From: a virus
Lineage: Duplodnaviria; Caudoviricetes
Strand: one strand, 5' to 3'
DNA: 45,768 bases
Virus record (IMG/VR): IMGVR_UViG_3300020045_008410
Location: 1-45,768 of that record
The position numbers were made by a program, and so were the translations under genes. Numbering within the stretch: position 1 is the stretch's first letter; each line of letters starts with the position of its first letter. Shown in pieces: positions 35,699-45,768 of the stretch. Below the pieces are notes generated by a model. The model saw nothing but the letters and a program-made list of their open reading frames with translations. It was not told where the DNA came from and searched no databases.

Positions 35699-35735
35699 TG
35701 GTTTTTATTTTACAAATTTATACTTATTCTTTTAC

Positions 35736-36008
35736 TCAAGAATATTTTTGTCTTATTTCTTGTCTTTGTGTTAAAATTTCACTAGGCACTTCTTGACCAG
35801 TTTCCAAAAATCGTGTAAAATACCAATCAGTAGGGCGTAATTCTTGGTATTGTTTGATTTTATTAGATATGTTTTTTTCTTGATTATACGATTCTAATAA
35901 TTCCGATTCGTTAAATTCAAACTCTTCAAACTTTACGCCTTTAGGAATTGATTTTTTATTAGTTGTTTCAATCGTTTGATTTTCTAATTCGTATCTATAT
36001 TTTATCAT
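35736..36008 (-). CDS. tail fibre assembly-like protein
   Basis: L..TDWY..R..ETG.EVP.EIL..RQ..R motif, follows the fibre gene. Confidence 0.65.
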   Translation of the reverse strand: MIKYRYELENQTIETTNKKSIPKGVKFEEFEFNESELLESYNQEKNISNKIKQYQELRPTDWYFTRFLETGQEVPSEILTQRQEIRQKYS

Positions 36009-37777
36009 CTTAAAATTCTTTTATAAGTGTGTGCTAAATAATCAGCGTGAACTAAATTACCACTAAATGTACTTGTATTATAAGCTTGTATTAAGTTTTT
36101 TAAAGTTGCACTTGATGAAGGTATATTAGTTGTTAAGTTGACCTCAAATAAAATAGTGTTTGAATTATTAGCATAAACTTTATAATTAATACTACTCATA
36201 TTTTCGCAATTAATTACTAATCGATACCAAGTATTTGCTGTTAGTGTAAACGCGCTTGATTCAGTTGCTGAAAATCCATCTACATTTCTAGCTTTTAATT
36301 GGTCACCTGCTATTTTAAAAATACAAGCCGAAAACTCATTTAAAGAAAATATACCATCTAACAATCCACATTTAATAATAGTGTTAGAATCTATTGTACT
36401 AGGCATTTTAATGATTGATGTATGTATTAAATTTGTTGCAGTAAAATCGCTAGAATAAGAAACATATCCACTATTTGCACTGCCACTACTTTTAAAAATC
36501 CAAATACCTTTATTATATTGTATATTTTCTGAACTATAATCATAACTTCCGCCACCTACACTTGTACTGGTAAAAGTTCCAGTGTTATTTAAAAAATCTG
36601 TTTTTTCGGTATTCTCGATATAAAGTAAACCATCGCCACCGCCAGCATTTGCTATAACAAATCCTTTATCTACTAAATCTCTGTCATTTGTAAATGTTTG
36701 AGCCGAACCGTATCTAATAATTCTGTTAGGCTTCCAATGGTCTTCTCCTGCTCCTACTTCAAATTTTAAATAACTGTCAGGCGTTTGAATACCGCCGTTA
36801 GTATCGATAATTATATCGGTAACTAATCTTTTAGCTGTTAAAGTACCACCCGAAGTAATAGTTGTATTTTGATTTGATTCAACTGAAAATATAATAGCTG
36901 TATCATCGCCATAAACAGGATTGTCAATAACAAGTGGACCACTCATCGTATCGCCTGTTTTTAAAACAAAGTCGCCTCCTCCAATAACTGAAACTGCCCA
37001 ACGTTCTAAACCTCCTAGTAATTCTATTTTTTTAAGATAAAATTTTGCATCATGTGGAACTATTGGATTTCCTAAAAATTCAATTCCAGTATCAAATATA
37101 ATTTCTCTTGTAAATTCTGAATCATTAAATCCAATTATTTCGGTATTATCTTGAAGTCCTAAAGGCAACATTAAATCCAAATCAGATTTTAAAACTAAAA
37201 ACTTATTATCATCAGATTGAGTAATTGTGTAAACTGCTCCGTAATTGATAATTTTTACTTCTCTAGTTCCTGTTTGCGGAATATTTGGCTCTTCAATTTG
37301 TGTTCCGAAAATATTAAAAACTGCTAACAATAACGTATTTGGAGGTGTTTGCGGTTGCTCAGCTATTGTGTCACTTTCAAATCCCTCTATTAAATAAATT
37401 TCATTATTAGTGTCAACTACTGCAATATCAATTCTATAAAAATCTGTTGTTGCTGCTGAAATTGTTAAATCAATAATTTCTGTATTTGCGTAATTTAATC
37501 CGTTTATTGTCCATTCATAACCTAAAGAAAAACTAAAAGTATCATCTTCTCTTGAAATAGTTCCAAACGCTGTAATCTTATCATTTAGTAAATTAAATCC
37601 GTTTAATGCTTCAGTTAAATTAAACTTTTCAGTTTCTAAACTTGTTTCGTTGTGAACTGGAACATATTTAGTTCCATCGGTTGCTACTGGCAACTGAAAT
37701 ATTTTCTTTGAATTTAAAATGATTTGATTTTTCCATTCGCTCAAATCATTTAATCTTTGTATTATAATGTCAAACAT
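36005..37777 (-). CDS. tail fibre/receptor-binding protein
   Basis: 590 aa mosaic; FVLKTGDTMSGPL and DLVDKGFV fibre motifs, GGG hinges, beta-rich C-terminal domain. Confidence 0.7.
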   Translation of the reverse strand: MFDIIIQRLNDLSEWKNQIILNSKKIFQLPVATDGTKYVPVHNETSLETEKFNLTEALNGFNLLNDKITAFGTISREDDTFSFSLGYEWTINGLNYANTEIIDLTISAATTDFYRIDIAVVDTNNEIYLIEGFESDTIAEQPQTPPNTLLLAVFNIFGTQIEEPNIPQTGTREVKIINYGAVYTITQSDDNKFLVLKSDLDLMLPLGLQDNTEIIGFNDSEFTREIIFDTGIEFLGNPIVPHDAKFYLKKIELLGGLERWAVSVIGGGDFVLKTGDTMSGPLVIDNPVYGDDTAIIFSVESNQNTTITSGGTLTAKRLVTDIIIDTNGGIQTPDSYLKFEVGAGEDHWKPNRIIRYGSAQTFTNDRDLVDKGFVIANAGGGDGLLYIENTEKTDFLNNTGTFTSTSVGGGSYDYSSENIQYNKGIWIFKSSGSANSGYVSYSSDFTATNLIHTSIIKMPSTIDSNTIIKCGLLDGIFSLNEFSACIFKIAGDQLKARNVDGFSATESSAFTLTANTWYRLVINCENMSSINYKVYANNSNTILFEVNLTTNIPSSSATLKNLIQAYNTSTFSGNLVHADYLAHTYKRILR

Positions 37778-37788
37778 TTTTATAATTT

Positions 37789-39810
37789 TTATAGGTTTCT
37801 AATATATTCCGCATCGTTATCTCCTTGTAACAATCCAATTAAAGGCGTATTTGAGCTTATTGTTTGTCCGCTTACAGTTCCGCTATTCCAAACATCACCA
37901 GATTCTAGTAATTTGGCTTTTAAAGTATAAAAATTACTTAAACCTTGTCTAGTTATTTCGGGGTTCTCACTCAATTTATATGAAATATTTTCTATAAATA
38001 AATTATCGTGTTTCAAAGCTAAAATAATTTTTCTAACCATTCCAGTTGTTAAATTGAAAACTTCAAAATCTATACCGTTGTAATTTACTGCATCAATTGA
38101 AATAACTTGAGTATCTGTTTTTTGGTTTTCAATACCACCATCATTTACTAAGGTATTTACATTACAAAAATTTAATCTATTTTTCATTTGAATACCACTA
38201 TAAAAATAAATGTCAGTATTTTTTGAATTGTACCAAACTATTTCTGCAGTTCTTGGGTGTCTTTCTTTTACTTGTATTTTTTCATAAGCATAAAATATAT
38301 CTGGAAAATTAATATCAGTTTCGGTTTGGTATAATCTCAATCCGATGCTAAATGTTTTGTTTAAAAAATCATTCATATTAACTTGAAACTGCCAAATGTT
38401 AAAAATATCTCTATTGTAAATAGTTTGAATTGTTCCGTTAATTGTATCTGGAATCGAAATATTTACATTAAACAATAAGCTCCTTTGACCGTTATCATCC
38501 AATCTAATATCGGCTATTTGATAAATTCCGTATGCAGTTTCTACCCAAGTCCCAACTATTCCGTATTCTGGTAAAAGTCCGTTTAATTCATAAGTCCCTG
38601 TTATCGTTGTTGTATCGTATTCGTATAAATTACCTGTAATGAACAAAACCGCTAATCTGTTTTCAAACGAATAATAAATACAATCTCGTTTGTCTTCAAT
38701 TTGGATGTTGTTAACGATTTTATTTGCGGTTAATTCAGTTAAATTTCCATCAGTATCTTTTGTGAATACTTCTATGTTCTCATAGCTTGTTTTTATTTGC
38801 TCAGTAATTATATCACAACTTTGGAATAATTGAATATATCTATTTGCTATTGGCAAATTTTCTTCACAACTTAAAGTGTTAAATACATTTTTGTAGTTTC
38901 CACAATTTTGATGTTGAACTCGTCTAACCGATCGTAAAGAATTACTTTCTGAAATGTAATAAAAAGGTGCTGCGACGTTACCATTTGTATTTCCGTTATT
39001 AGTTACGTTAATGGTTTTTATACAACCGTAAACGTCCTTTAAATAAACCGTATAATTTCCTAAATCTAAATCGGCAAATATTGATTCAGTTTGGTAGTCT
39101 GTACCATTAATCGAATACAATAACCCTAAACTTTCTAAATTGTCTTGAAATACATTAACATTCAATGTGTTTTCGCTAAAAAATGCATTAACGTTTAAAA
39201 TATTCAAAGCATCATCAAAACCAAAATTTATTAATGTTGCACCAGATTGCTGTAATGCATAACTAAAATTTCTTTGATATTCAATTGAAAATTTGTCGGG
39301 TATTCTGGTCCCTAAATTTGTATTTAAATCGGTGTTTTTAATATTGTAAATTCCAGTATCAAAACCAAAAATAGGAATTGCATTTGCACTTGATTGATTG
39401 GTTAAAAATACAGTTTCACAAGGCGTTTCAGTTTTAAAAGAAACATATTCGAAATCCGAAATCATTTTCCAAAATGAGATTAAACTTGGTCCAGTTCCTT
39501 GAGTAATTGTAACTTCGATAGTATTTCCTATTCTCGCATAGGTTATAGTAGTAGAAAATCCACCAACAAAACCCGAAAATGCATACAAACTATTTAAAAA
39601 AGACAAAGTATTGTTAATAGTATCGTTTAACGTTGCACCTAGTCCTATTTGATTTGGATTTACGTTTGCGCCATTTTTGTAACTTAAGTTTATTTCAGTT
39701 TCTCCATTTCCGTAAATTACTTTATTTGAATTGATATAAATTTCATATTCAAAGTGAGCATCTACGATTGGTTGTTGCTTAAAGTCTAATATTATTTTTT
39801 TAACTGCCAT
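37789..39810 (-). CDS. tail/baseplate protein
   Basis: 673 aa beta-rich; YSINGTDYQ....F.DL..GNYTVY.KD..GC (SprB-like repeat); synteny. Confidence 0.6.
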   Translation of the reverse strand: MAVKKIILDFKQQPIVDAHFEYEIYINSNKVIYGNGETEINLSYKNGANVNPNQIGLGATLNDTINNTLSFLNSLYAFSGFVGGFSTTITYARIGNTIEVTITQGTGPSLISFWKMISDFEYVSFKTETPCETVFLTNQSSANAIPIFGFDTGIYNIKNTDLNTNLGTRIPDKFSIEYQRNFSYALQQSGATLINFGFDDALNILNVNAFFSENTLNVNVFQDNLESLGLLYSINGTDYQTESIFADLDLGNYTVYLKDVYGCIKTINVTNNGNTNGNVAAPFYYISESNSLRSVRRVQHQNCGNYKNVFNTLSCEENLPIANRYIQLFQSCDIITEQIKTSYENIEVFTKDTDGNLTELTANKIVNNIQIEDKRDCIYYSFENRLAVLFITGNLYEYDTTTITGTYELNGLLPEYGIVGTWVETAYGIYQIADIRLDDNGQRSLLFNVNISIPDTINGTIQTIYNRDIFNIWQFQVNMNDFLNKTFSIGLRLYQTETDINFPDIFYAYEKIQVKERHPRTAEIVWYNSKNTDIYFYSGIQMKNRLNFCNVNTLVNDGGIENQKTDTQVISIDAVNYNGIDFEVFNLTTGMVRKIILALKHDNLFIENISYKLSENPEITRQGLSNFYTLKAKLLESGDVWNSGTVSGQTISSNTPLIGLLQGDNDAEYIRNL

Positions 39811-39813
39811 ATC

Positions 39814-41880
39814 TTAAACGTTTGCTTTTATTAAAATGAATTTACCTTCTTTGCTTGGTTTTACGCTTGGATAAATAAACCCATACTCAACCTCATTGTA
39901 TTCGTTTACAAACTTAATTAATTTATACGGATTGTTTACAATTTGTTGAAACTCAAACATTGATATTTTTTTTTCAAATGTAATTGTCTCTGGTAAAAAG
40001 TAAGGAACTGATAAAACATTATTTTGTATCGATGCTCGTTCCGTATAGTTAGTTACTAATTGTGAATTTCCTTCTGTACTTGAATATTCAAATAATTCAT
40101 TTGGGTATTTTTGTAATCCTGTTGAAATAGTTTTAGACTTTCTTAAAACTGAATTAAATGGACTTAACCTTAAATTAATTGCAGTACTCGGACTAAATAT
40201 ACCTGTTGGAATTTCGTCAAAATCATCTTCGTAATGTCTAACTAAATAAATACCGTTTACTAATTTGCAATCAATACCGAAATTAAATTTGTCGTATTTG
40301 GTATCTAATTTTGGATTATCAATGTATTGTTTTTCTTGAGCTAAAGTCATTCCGTATCCGTCAAATCTAACTTTTGAAATTGCACTAAATTTATTATCAA
40401 GTTCGGTTAAACAAGTCATATAAGAAGTTCTAATATTGTATTCCTCAAGTCCGTTTACCTCTTCGTATAGTCCGTTAAAGTCGCATCCAATTTCAACACT
40501 TGAGAAATGATTTTTTTCGTCAATTTCTCTTTCAATATTTACTACTTTACCTAAATCAATACCAACAACCCTATCATAAACGAATGATTTTTTTTCAATT
40601 CTTACGGTATTATTTTTAATAATCAAACAAATATCATCTATTGCCGCCAATGAATTGTAAACCTCTTCTAATGAAGTTGTAATATTTTTATCTGGAACTT
40701 GTCTAATTTTAAAACCGTTTGTAAATAATAAATCCTTCCAAGTAGTTGAAAGTAGAGTTGATTGAAATGTATTTTTACCTGTTACTATCTGAAATAACCT
40801 TTCAAAAACTTGATAATAAGTAAGTGCATTACAATCTGTAATTACGCTTGATTGAGTTTCTTCAAGTTCAATTGAAGCGTTATTGTAATCAATTCTTAAA
40901 GGATACGCATTACCTGCCCATAATCCTTGCACCTGGAAACATTCTTTTATTCTTTTACTAAATATAAACTCGACATCTATACTTTTTGTAACTTGACCTT
41001 GTGCTGATGTTAATTCAAAAACAGGTGTTAAGTTTTCATAAATTGGATCACTAAATCCAGTTTCAGCTTCATATAAAAATCGAGAAAATCTAAAAGTTAT
41101 ATTTCTTGATCCGCTACCAAAATATTGAAATTTAAAGTCTCCTTTTATCTTAACTCTTATATCTCTAGTGTTTACTGCTGTAATATAAAAAAACTGTCCT
41201 ATTGTCGCTCCAAATTCGCCAACAAAAGCAGTTTCATTATCTATTTGCCCCGAGTTATTAACTGATATTGCAAATTGAGAAACGTTTTCATCACTTTTAT
41301 AAATTAAAGGCAAAGGAAATGACATTGAATCTACAACGAAGTCTGAACCATTTTTATACATAAAATAATTACTATCATTTCTAAATAATGAAGGTCTAAA
41401 TATTTCAGTTCCTTGAAAACTAAGTTTTTTATATTCTAATGGCTGTAAAATTCCATTTTTTAAATCTTTTAACCTTTCAAGTTCATAGTTGTCTTTAAAT
41501 CTACTTTCAATTGTAGAGAAAAATTCGCTTTCTTTTGTTTCAATTTGAATGTAATTTTTATTTTGCTTGTATGTTTTGAAATCAAAATTTGCGCTATAGT
41601 TTAATTCCCAAATATCTGTCAACTCATTACGCTCTTCTCTTTCAATTCGCACTACTGCCTTTATTCCATCAACATCATATTCGCCTTTTAGCAATTGGGA
41701 ACCTATTCCGTAAAATTCCAATTTAGAATTTAAAACTGTCATTATTCCGTCAAACTTACTTGACCTCATTAAATCTAAATTATCCAATTGCCATCCTGAA
41801 GGCTCTTCAATTATTTGAGAACCGAAAGTTTTACCATAAATAGTATATCTTACCCTATTAAATCTAGTTAGTTGATTCAT
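39814..41880 (-). CDS. tail protein (distal tail/hub)
   Basis: 688 aa directly after tape measure; EPSGW N-terminal motif. Confidence 0.6.
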   Translation of the reverse strand: MNQLTRFNRVRYTIYGKTFGSQIIEEPSGWQLDNLDLMRSSKFDGIMTVLNSKLEFYGIGSQLLKGEYDVDGIKAVVRIEREERNELTDIWELNYSANFDFKTYKQNKNYIQIETKESEFFSTIESRFKDNYELERLKDLKNGILQPLEYKKLSFQGTEIFRPSLFRNDSNYFMYKNGSDFVVDSMSFPLPLIYKSDENVSQFAISVNNSGQIDNETAFVGEFGATIGQFFYITAVNTRDIRVKIKGDFKFQYFGSGSRNITFRFSRFLYEAETGFSDPIYENLTPVFELTSAQGQVTKSIDVEFIFSKRIKECFQVQGLWAGNAYPLRIDYNNASIELEETQSSVITDCNALTYYQVFERLFQIVTGKNTFQSTLLSTTWKDLLFTNGFKIRQVPDKNITTSLEEVYNSLAAIDDICLIIKNNTVRIEKKSFVYDRVVGIDLGKVVNIEREIDEKNHFSSVEIGCDFNGLYEEVNGLEEYNIRTSYMTCLTELDNKFSAISKVRFDGYGMTLAQEKQYIDNPKLDTKYDKFNFGIDCKLVNGIYLVRHYEDDFDEIPTGIFSPSTAINLRLSPFNSVLRKSKTISTGLQKYPNELFEYSSTEGNSQLVTNYTERASIQNNVLSVPYFLPETITFEKKISMFEFQQIVNNPYKLIKFVNEYNEVEYGFIYPSVKPSKEGKFILIKANV

Positions 41881-41885
41881 ATTTT

Positions 41886-44800
41886 TTAATTAAAAAAATT
41901 AGATGGTTTACGCCCAAAATCAAAATTAATTTGATTGTTGTTATTAATTTTCGCTTTCTTAAATCCTTTTTCAATTCCCTTTTCAATTTTAGTTGAAAGT
42001 CCATTTAGTTCTTTTCCTAAATAATTATCAAATGCTTTTAATTGATTGGCTTGATTTAGAAATGAAGACATTATTGATGCATTTTCTAATGACATTTTAT
42101 TTTTTTGAAAGTCTTCAACTGATTTATGCACAATATCTCCTGCTTTTAAATTTACTATTCTATTTCTACCAGAATAAACTTTAACTTTTCCGTCTTTACT
42201 TTCAACTGGCTCAATTCTTTTTTCATTAATCAATGCTGTTTCTGCTGGGCCATCTAAACGCCCTTTTTCATATTGTGGTAATGGTGTAGCTAAAACAGTT
42301 GCAGTTTGAATTCCAGCTGATGCAATTGCTAAAGCATTAATAGGCAATGCAACGACTGAACCTAAAGTAGCGTTGTTTTTTGCTATTGTGGCTTGTAAAT
42401 TAATCGCAATATCAGCAATTGCTAAAAGCTTATTAAAAAGAGCTTGCTTTCTTTGAAGTGCAATTTTTCTTTGTTGTAATTCGTTTTCCTTGCGTTCTTT
42501 TTCTTCTTGTAGTAATTGTTCTTGCTCACTTCCTTTTTCTGCATTTGCCAATAATGAATCGTAATATTCATTTGATTTTTCAATCTCTCGATCATAACGA
42601 TTGATTGAATTTTCAAATAATTGACTTCCTAAGTCTTTTAATGAATTGTAAAGTTGAATTCTACCATCGTAAACTGCATCTGAAAACTTTCTCTCTTCTT
42701 CTTTTTCTTTTAAAATATTATCAATTGTTTGTTTTGTTTTTGCATTGTCAGCTTCTGCAACTCTTTTTTTACTGTCAATAATTTGCTGGTCTGCATCAAG
42801 TAACGCTTTATTATTGAATAATTGTTCTTGTATTTGCTCTTCTGAAAGATTATTTATAACTCCGTTTTCTCTAATTTCTAGTTCAATTCGTTGTTTGCTT
42901 CTTTCGGCTCTTTCAAGTTGTACTTGCGCTTCACGTCTGTTAATATCATTTTGGGTTTCTTGAGATATAGTGTTAATTACTTGAAGACTTCTTTGTATTT
43001 CTTCAATACTCATATCGTTACCTATTTCAGATAACATTTCACCTAATTTCTGAATACCATTGAGTTGAACATCGCTAATTTCTAAATCTGCCTTTTTGAA
43101 GTTAATTTCATCCCATGCTTTACGCATTTGACCTACTAATTCTTTGTTTGCATTAATTAGATTTTGAGCTTGGTTTTCATAAATAATATTCTGTTGATTA
43201 GTATTGTCTTTTATAATTCCAGTTCTATCATATTGCAAATTTTCTTCTGCATCTTTCATTACTTTATTATAATCAGCTCTTGAAATTTTACCATCATTTA
43301 ACTCATTTTGGCGTTGCTCTTTTATATTAAAATACTCATTTTGAATTGTTCTAAATCTATCATTTGTAGCAAATTCCAATACTCTTAATTGTTCTTTTGC
43401 TTCCATATTTGCCAAATCAACTAAGTTATTATAATACTGCTCTGATGCTTGTAAACGTAAATCATATGAACTTGCTTCATCATTCATTATATCTTTGTTT
43501 GCATTTGCAACATTAGTTAATCTTAGATGTAATAATTCATATTCATTTGCTAAATAATCTTCTCTGGCTTTGGTATTTAATTTTATTGATTTTGTGTTTT
43601 CATCTGTTGAATCAGTATTTTTTTCTTCTAGCAAAATAGATTTTGCTTTTAATAATTGAGATTTTTGTAATGATGCATCATACAAAATTAAAGATTCATT
43701 TAATGCGACTTGCAATTGAATTGAACTTGCTGTTTTTAAAGTTTCATCTTGAAGAGATTCTTTACGTAGTTTTTCTAAATTTTTTAAACGACTAATTTCA
43801 TTTTGAGCTTTTATAACTGACTGACCTTCTTGATCCGAATCAAATCTTATTTTTTCAAGTCTTCTTATTTCGCTTACAAATTTTTGTCTTTCAGATAGTT
43901 CTAATTTATATGCTTCAATTCTTTGATTTATTAACTGTACTTGTTGAAGGTTCGTTTTATACTGTTCTCCATATCCTAAAGTGGCTTGAATTTCTTTGTC
44001 AATTTTAGACCCTTTTAATTTTGATATTTGCTCATCACTTAATGCTGACAAATATCCTCCGTAACTACTTCTTAAATTATCGATTGCTATTTTTTGTTTT
44101 TGTTTATCTCCATAAATACCACTGGCTATTGTTAAATATTCCTTATAAATTTGCAATTCATTTTTAGTGTTTTCTACTCCTTTTGATTGAGCCTTTTGAA
44201 ACTCATCTAAAGTTTTTGTTGCTATTTCCAGGCTAGAAGTTCCTTTTACTAATTCTTTAAAAAAGTTTCCAATTTCTTTGCCATACAAAGCTAATAATAA
44301 CAATCCAACAGACATAACAGTATTAAATGATAATAATGCGCTTGAAAGCTGAGACCAAATAGACGTAACTGGTTTTCCTTGTGCTATTAATTCTTTATTT
44401 GCTGCTACTGCTTTTTTAATTTCATCAACTGCAATAGGAATGTTATTTGAAATACCCAAAGCAAATGTTTGAAATCCAAACGTTGCTGATGGTAATTCTC
44501 TAGCTATTTGAGCTACTGAATTACTTAATCCAGTATTTGCTCTTTCATATTGCCCTACGTATTCTCTTGCGTCTCCTATTGATGCTTTTCCTGCCTTAAT
44601 TGCTTTATCGTATTTTTGAAACTGAATTGTAGCTTCCGCAAGTTCTTGTGATTGCTGATCAGTTAATTTTGTTCCAAGTGCAATTTGTGCGTTATAATCT
44701 GCAACAGTTCTACTCGCTCGAATTCTTTCGACTGATAATTTTTGAATGAAAGTAGTTAAACCAGTATTTAAAACTTCTTCTTCTTTAGTAAGTTTTAATA

Positions 44801-45131
44801 ACTGGCTTTGAGCAACTGAATTATTTGTAATAGCAGTTGTATTATTTTTTTTTGCAATTGTGTAATTATCTACTTTTTTTATTAATTGATCGTAACTTTT
44901 TTGCAATTCTTTATAATCGGATTGTAACTTTAAAGTTATTGCACGGCTTTCAACTAATTTTTTATTCAAATCTCCGTTTGATGTTGATGGAGTTGCAAAT
45001 TGAATTTGATTTGCTTTTGCGGTTTTTGATGTTGCAATAATTTGTTCTGATAGCATTTCCATCAAAACAATCATATCTTCAATTTGCTTATAAGCTACTT
45101 GTTCTACTACTTTATTTAAACTTGTTGCCAT
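41886..45131 (-). CDS. tape measure protein
   Basis: 1081 aa coiled coil; VGQYERA, QIARELPS...ISNNIPI, hydrophobic segments, C-terminal PLPQYEKG. Confidence 0.85.
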   Translation of the reverse strand: MATSLNKVVEQVAYKQIEDMIVLMEMLSEQIIATSKTAKANQIQFATPSTSNGDLNKKLVESRAITLKLQSDYKELQKSYDQLIKKVDNYTIAKKNNTTAITNNSVAQSQLLKLTKEEEVLNTGLTTFIQKLSVERIRASRTVADYNAQIALGTKLTDQQSQELAEATIQFQKYDKAIKAGKASIGDAREYVGQYERANTGLSNSVAQIARELPSATFGFQTFALGISNNIPIAVDEIKKAVAANKELIAQGKPVTSIWSQLSSALLSFNTVMSVGLLLLALYGKEIGNFFKELVKGTSSLEIATKTLDEFQKAQSKGVENTKNELQIYKEYLTIASGIYGDKQKQKIAIDNLRSSYGGYLSALSDEQISKLKGSKIDKEIQATLGYGEQYKTNLQQVQLINQRIEAYKLELSERQKFVSEIRRLEKIRFDSDQEGQSVIKAQNEISRLKNLEKLRKESLQDETLKTASSIQLQVALNESLILYDASLQKSQLLKAKSILLEEKNTDSTDENTKSIKLNTKAREDYLANEYELLHLRLTNVANANKDIMNDEASSYDLRLQASEQYYNNLVDLANMEAKEQLRVLEFATNDRFRTIQNEYFNIKEQRQNELNDGKISRADYNKVMKDAEENLQYDRTGIIKDNTNQQNIIYENQAQNLINANKELVGQMRKAWDEINFKKADLEISDVQLNGIQKLGEMLSEIGNDMSIEEIQRSLQVINTISQETQNDINRREAQVQLERAERSKQRIELEIRENGVINNLSEEQIQEQLFNNKALLDADQQIIDSKKRVAEADNAKTKQTIDNILKEKEEERKFSDAVYDGRIQLYNSLKDLGSQLFENSINRYDREIEKSNEYYDSLLANAEKGSEQEQLLQEEKERKENELQQRKIALQRKQALFNKLLAIADIAINLQATIAKNNATLGSVVALPINALAIASAGIQTATVLATPLPQYEKGRLDGPAETALINEKRIEPVESKDGKVKVYSGRNRIVNLKAGDIVHKSVEDFQKNKMSLENASIMSSFLNQANQLKAFDNYLGKELNGLSTKIEKGIEKGFKKAKINNNNQINFDFGRKPSNFFN

Positions 45132-45768
45132 TATTCTGTTGGATTAGATTGTTTTTTCTTATTCAATTCTTTTACTTGTTTTTCTAAAACTGCAAATTCA
45201 AGTAATGATGTTTTTTTTGGGTTAATTTTACCAATATTTAATATTCTTTGGTAAATCAAAAGCATTTCATACAAATTAAAAGTATAATTACTGTCTTTTT
45301 CTTCTGTTTCCGCTTCATTCTCGCTTTCTGGGTATATTTCATTATGCAAACTCTCAATCGTTATTTGTAACGCTTCTATTTCGTTTTTAATCTCAATCAA
45401 CGCATCAATTAAAGGTATTTCTTTGTTTAAATCAAACCCCCAACTTTCTAACTCTGAAATTAAACTATTAAATGTTTTTGGAGCAATTACATTTAATGAT
45501 ACTTGCGTTTGTAACATATCAATTAAAACAACTCCAAATTGGCACTTTAAAATAAGTTCTTCTTTGTATGAAATCAAATCAAATTTACTAGTCATATTTT
45601 CTTGACCTCTTAAAGTTGCAAATTCTGTATTAATTTCTTCAAACTTGTTTTCCAAAACTTCAATTTTTGGCATCGCTCCGGAACGAACTAATAAATTATA
45701 GTTTTTTGTTTCTATAATTTTGAAATATTTATCAATCATTAATTCCTCACAATTTTTATATAAAATCG
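45131..45768 (-). CDS. putative tail assembly chaperone (frame open to window end)
   Basis: frame is open upstream of ATG 45739 (...ILYKNCEELMIDKYFKII); directly precedes tape measure. Confidence 0.5.
   Translation of the reverse strand, partial: ILYKNCEELMIDKYFKIIETKNYNLLVRSGAMPKIEVLENKFEEINTEFATLRGQENMTSKFDLISYKEELILKCQFGVVLIDMLQTQVSLNVIAPKTFNSLISELESWGFDLNKEIPLIDALIEIKNEIEALQITIESLHNEIYPESENEAETEEKDSNYTFNLYEMLLIYQRILNIGKINPKKTSLLEFAVLEKQVKELNKKKQSNPTE

Noticed and set aside
36005-37777. Diversity-generating retroelement or invertible tail-fibre system
   Set aside because: No reverse transcriptase, no template repeat and no inverted fibre segments seen.
42422-42616. 64 aa ORF inside tape measure gene
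   Set aside because: Out-of-frame overlap with no independent support.
300-45605. All plus-strand ORFs in the supplied track
   Set aside because: They lie antisense to well-supported minus-strand genes, have F/L/I/S-biased shadow composition and no motifs.
1-45768. Stop-codon reassignment; tRNA or rRNA genes
   Set aside because: Genes are full length and densely packed under the standard bacterial code; no tRNA or rRNA was recognised by eye (tRNAscan-SE not run).

Overview
AT-rich, nearly complete, apparently circularly permuted tailed-phage genome (siphovirus-like). The host is probably Bacteroidota/Flavobacteriia, inferred from TAnnTTTG -7 promoter boxes, a DUF3127-like gene and Bacteroidota-style signal peptides. 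All credible genes are on the minus strand. In transcription order: tail module (tape measure, tail proteins, fibre), lysis genes, a lipoprotein moron, early recombination genes (SSAP, YqaJ-like exonuclease), a cassette array with a tyrosine recombinase, replication and DNA-metabolism genes (helicase-methyltransferase fusion, RuvC-like, HNH, acyl carrier protein, NinG-like, KilA-N), terminase with an HNH insert, a block of small genes, then portal, scaffold, capsid and major tail. The standout is an integron-like gene-capture platform at 27171-29879: a tyrosine recombinase lacking the IntI-specific insertion, an attI-like site, and four 296-553 bp single-gene cassettes. Each cassette ends in an attC-like hairpin whose AAC arm is complementary to the GTT start of its own cassette. 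Cassette ORFs are inverted relative to classical integrons so the phage transcript reads them. Product calls come from motif recognition and synteny only; no database searches were run.
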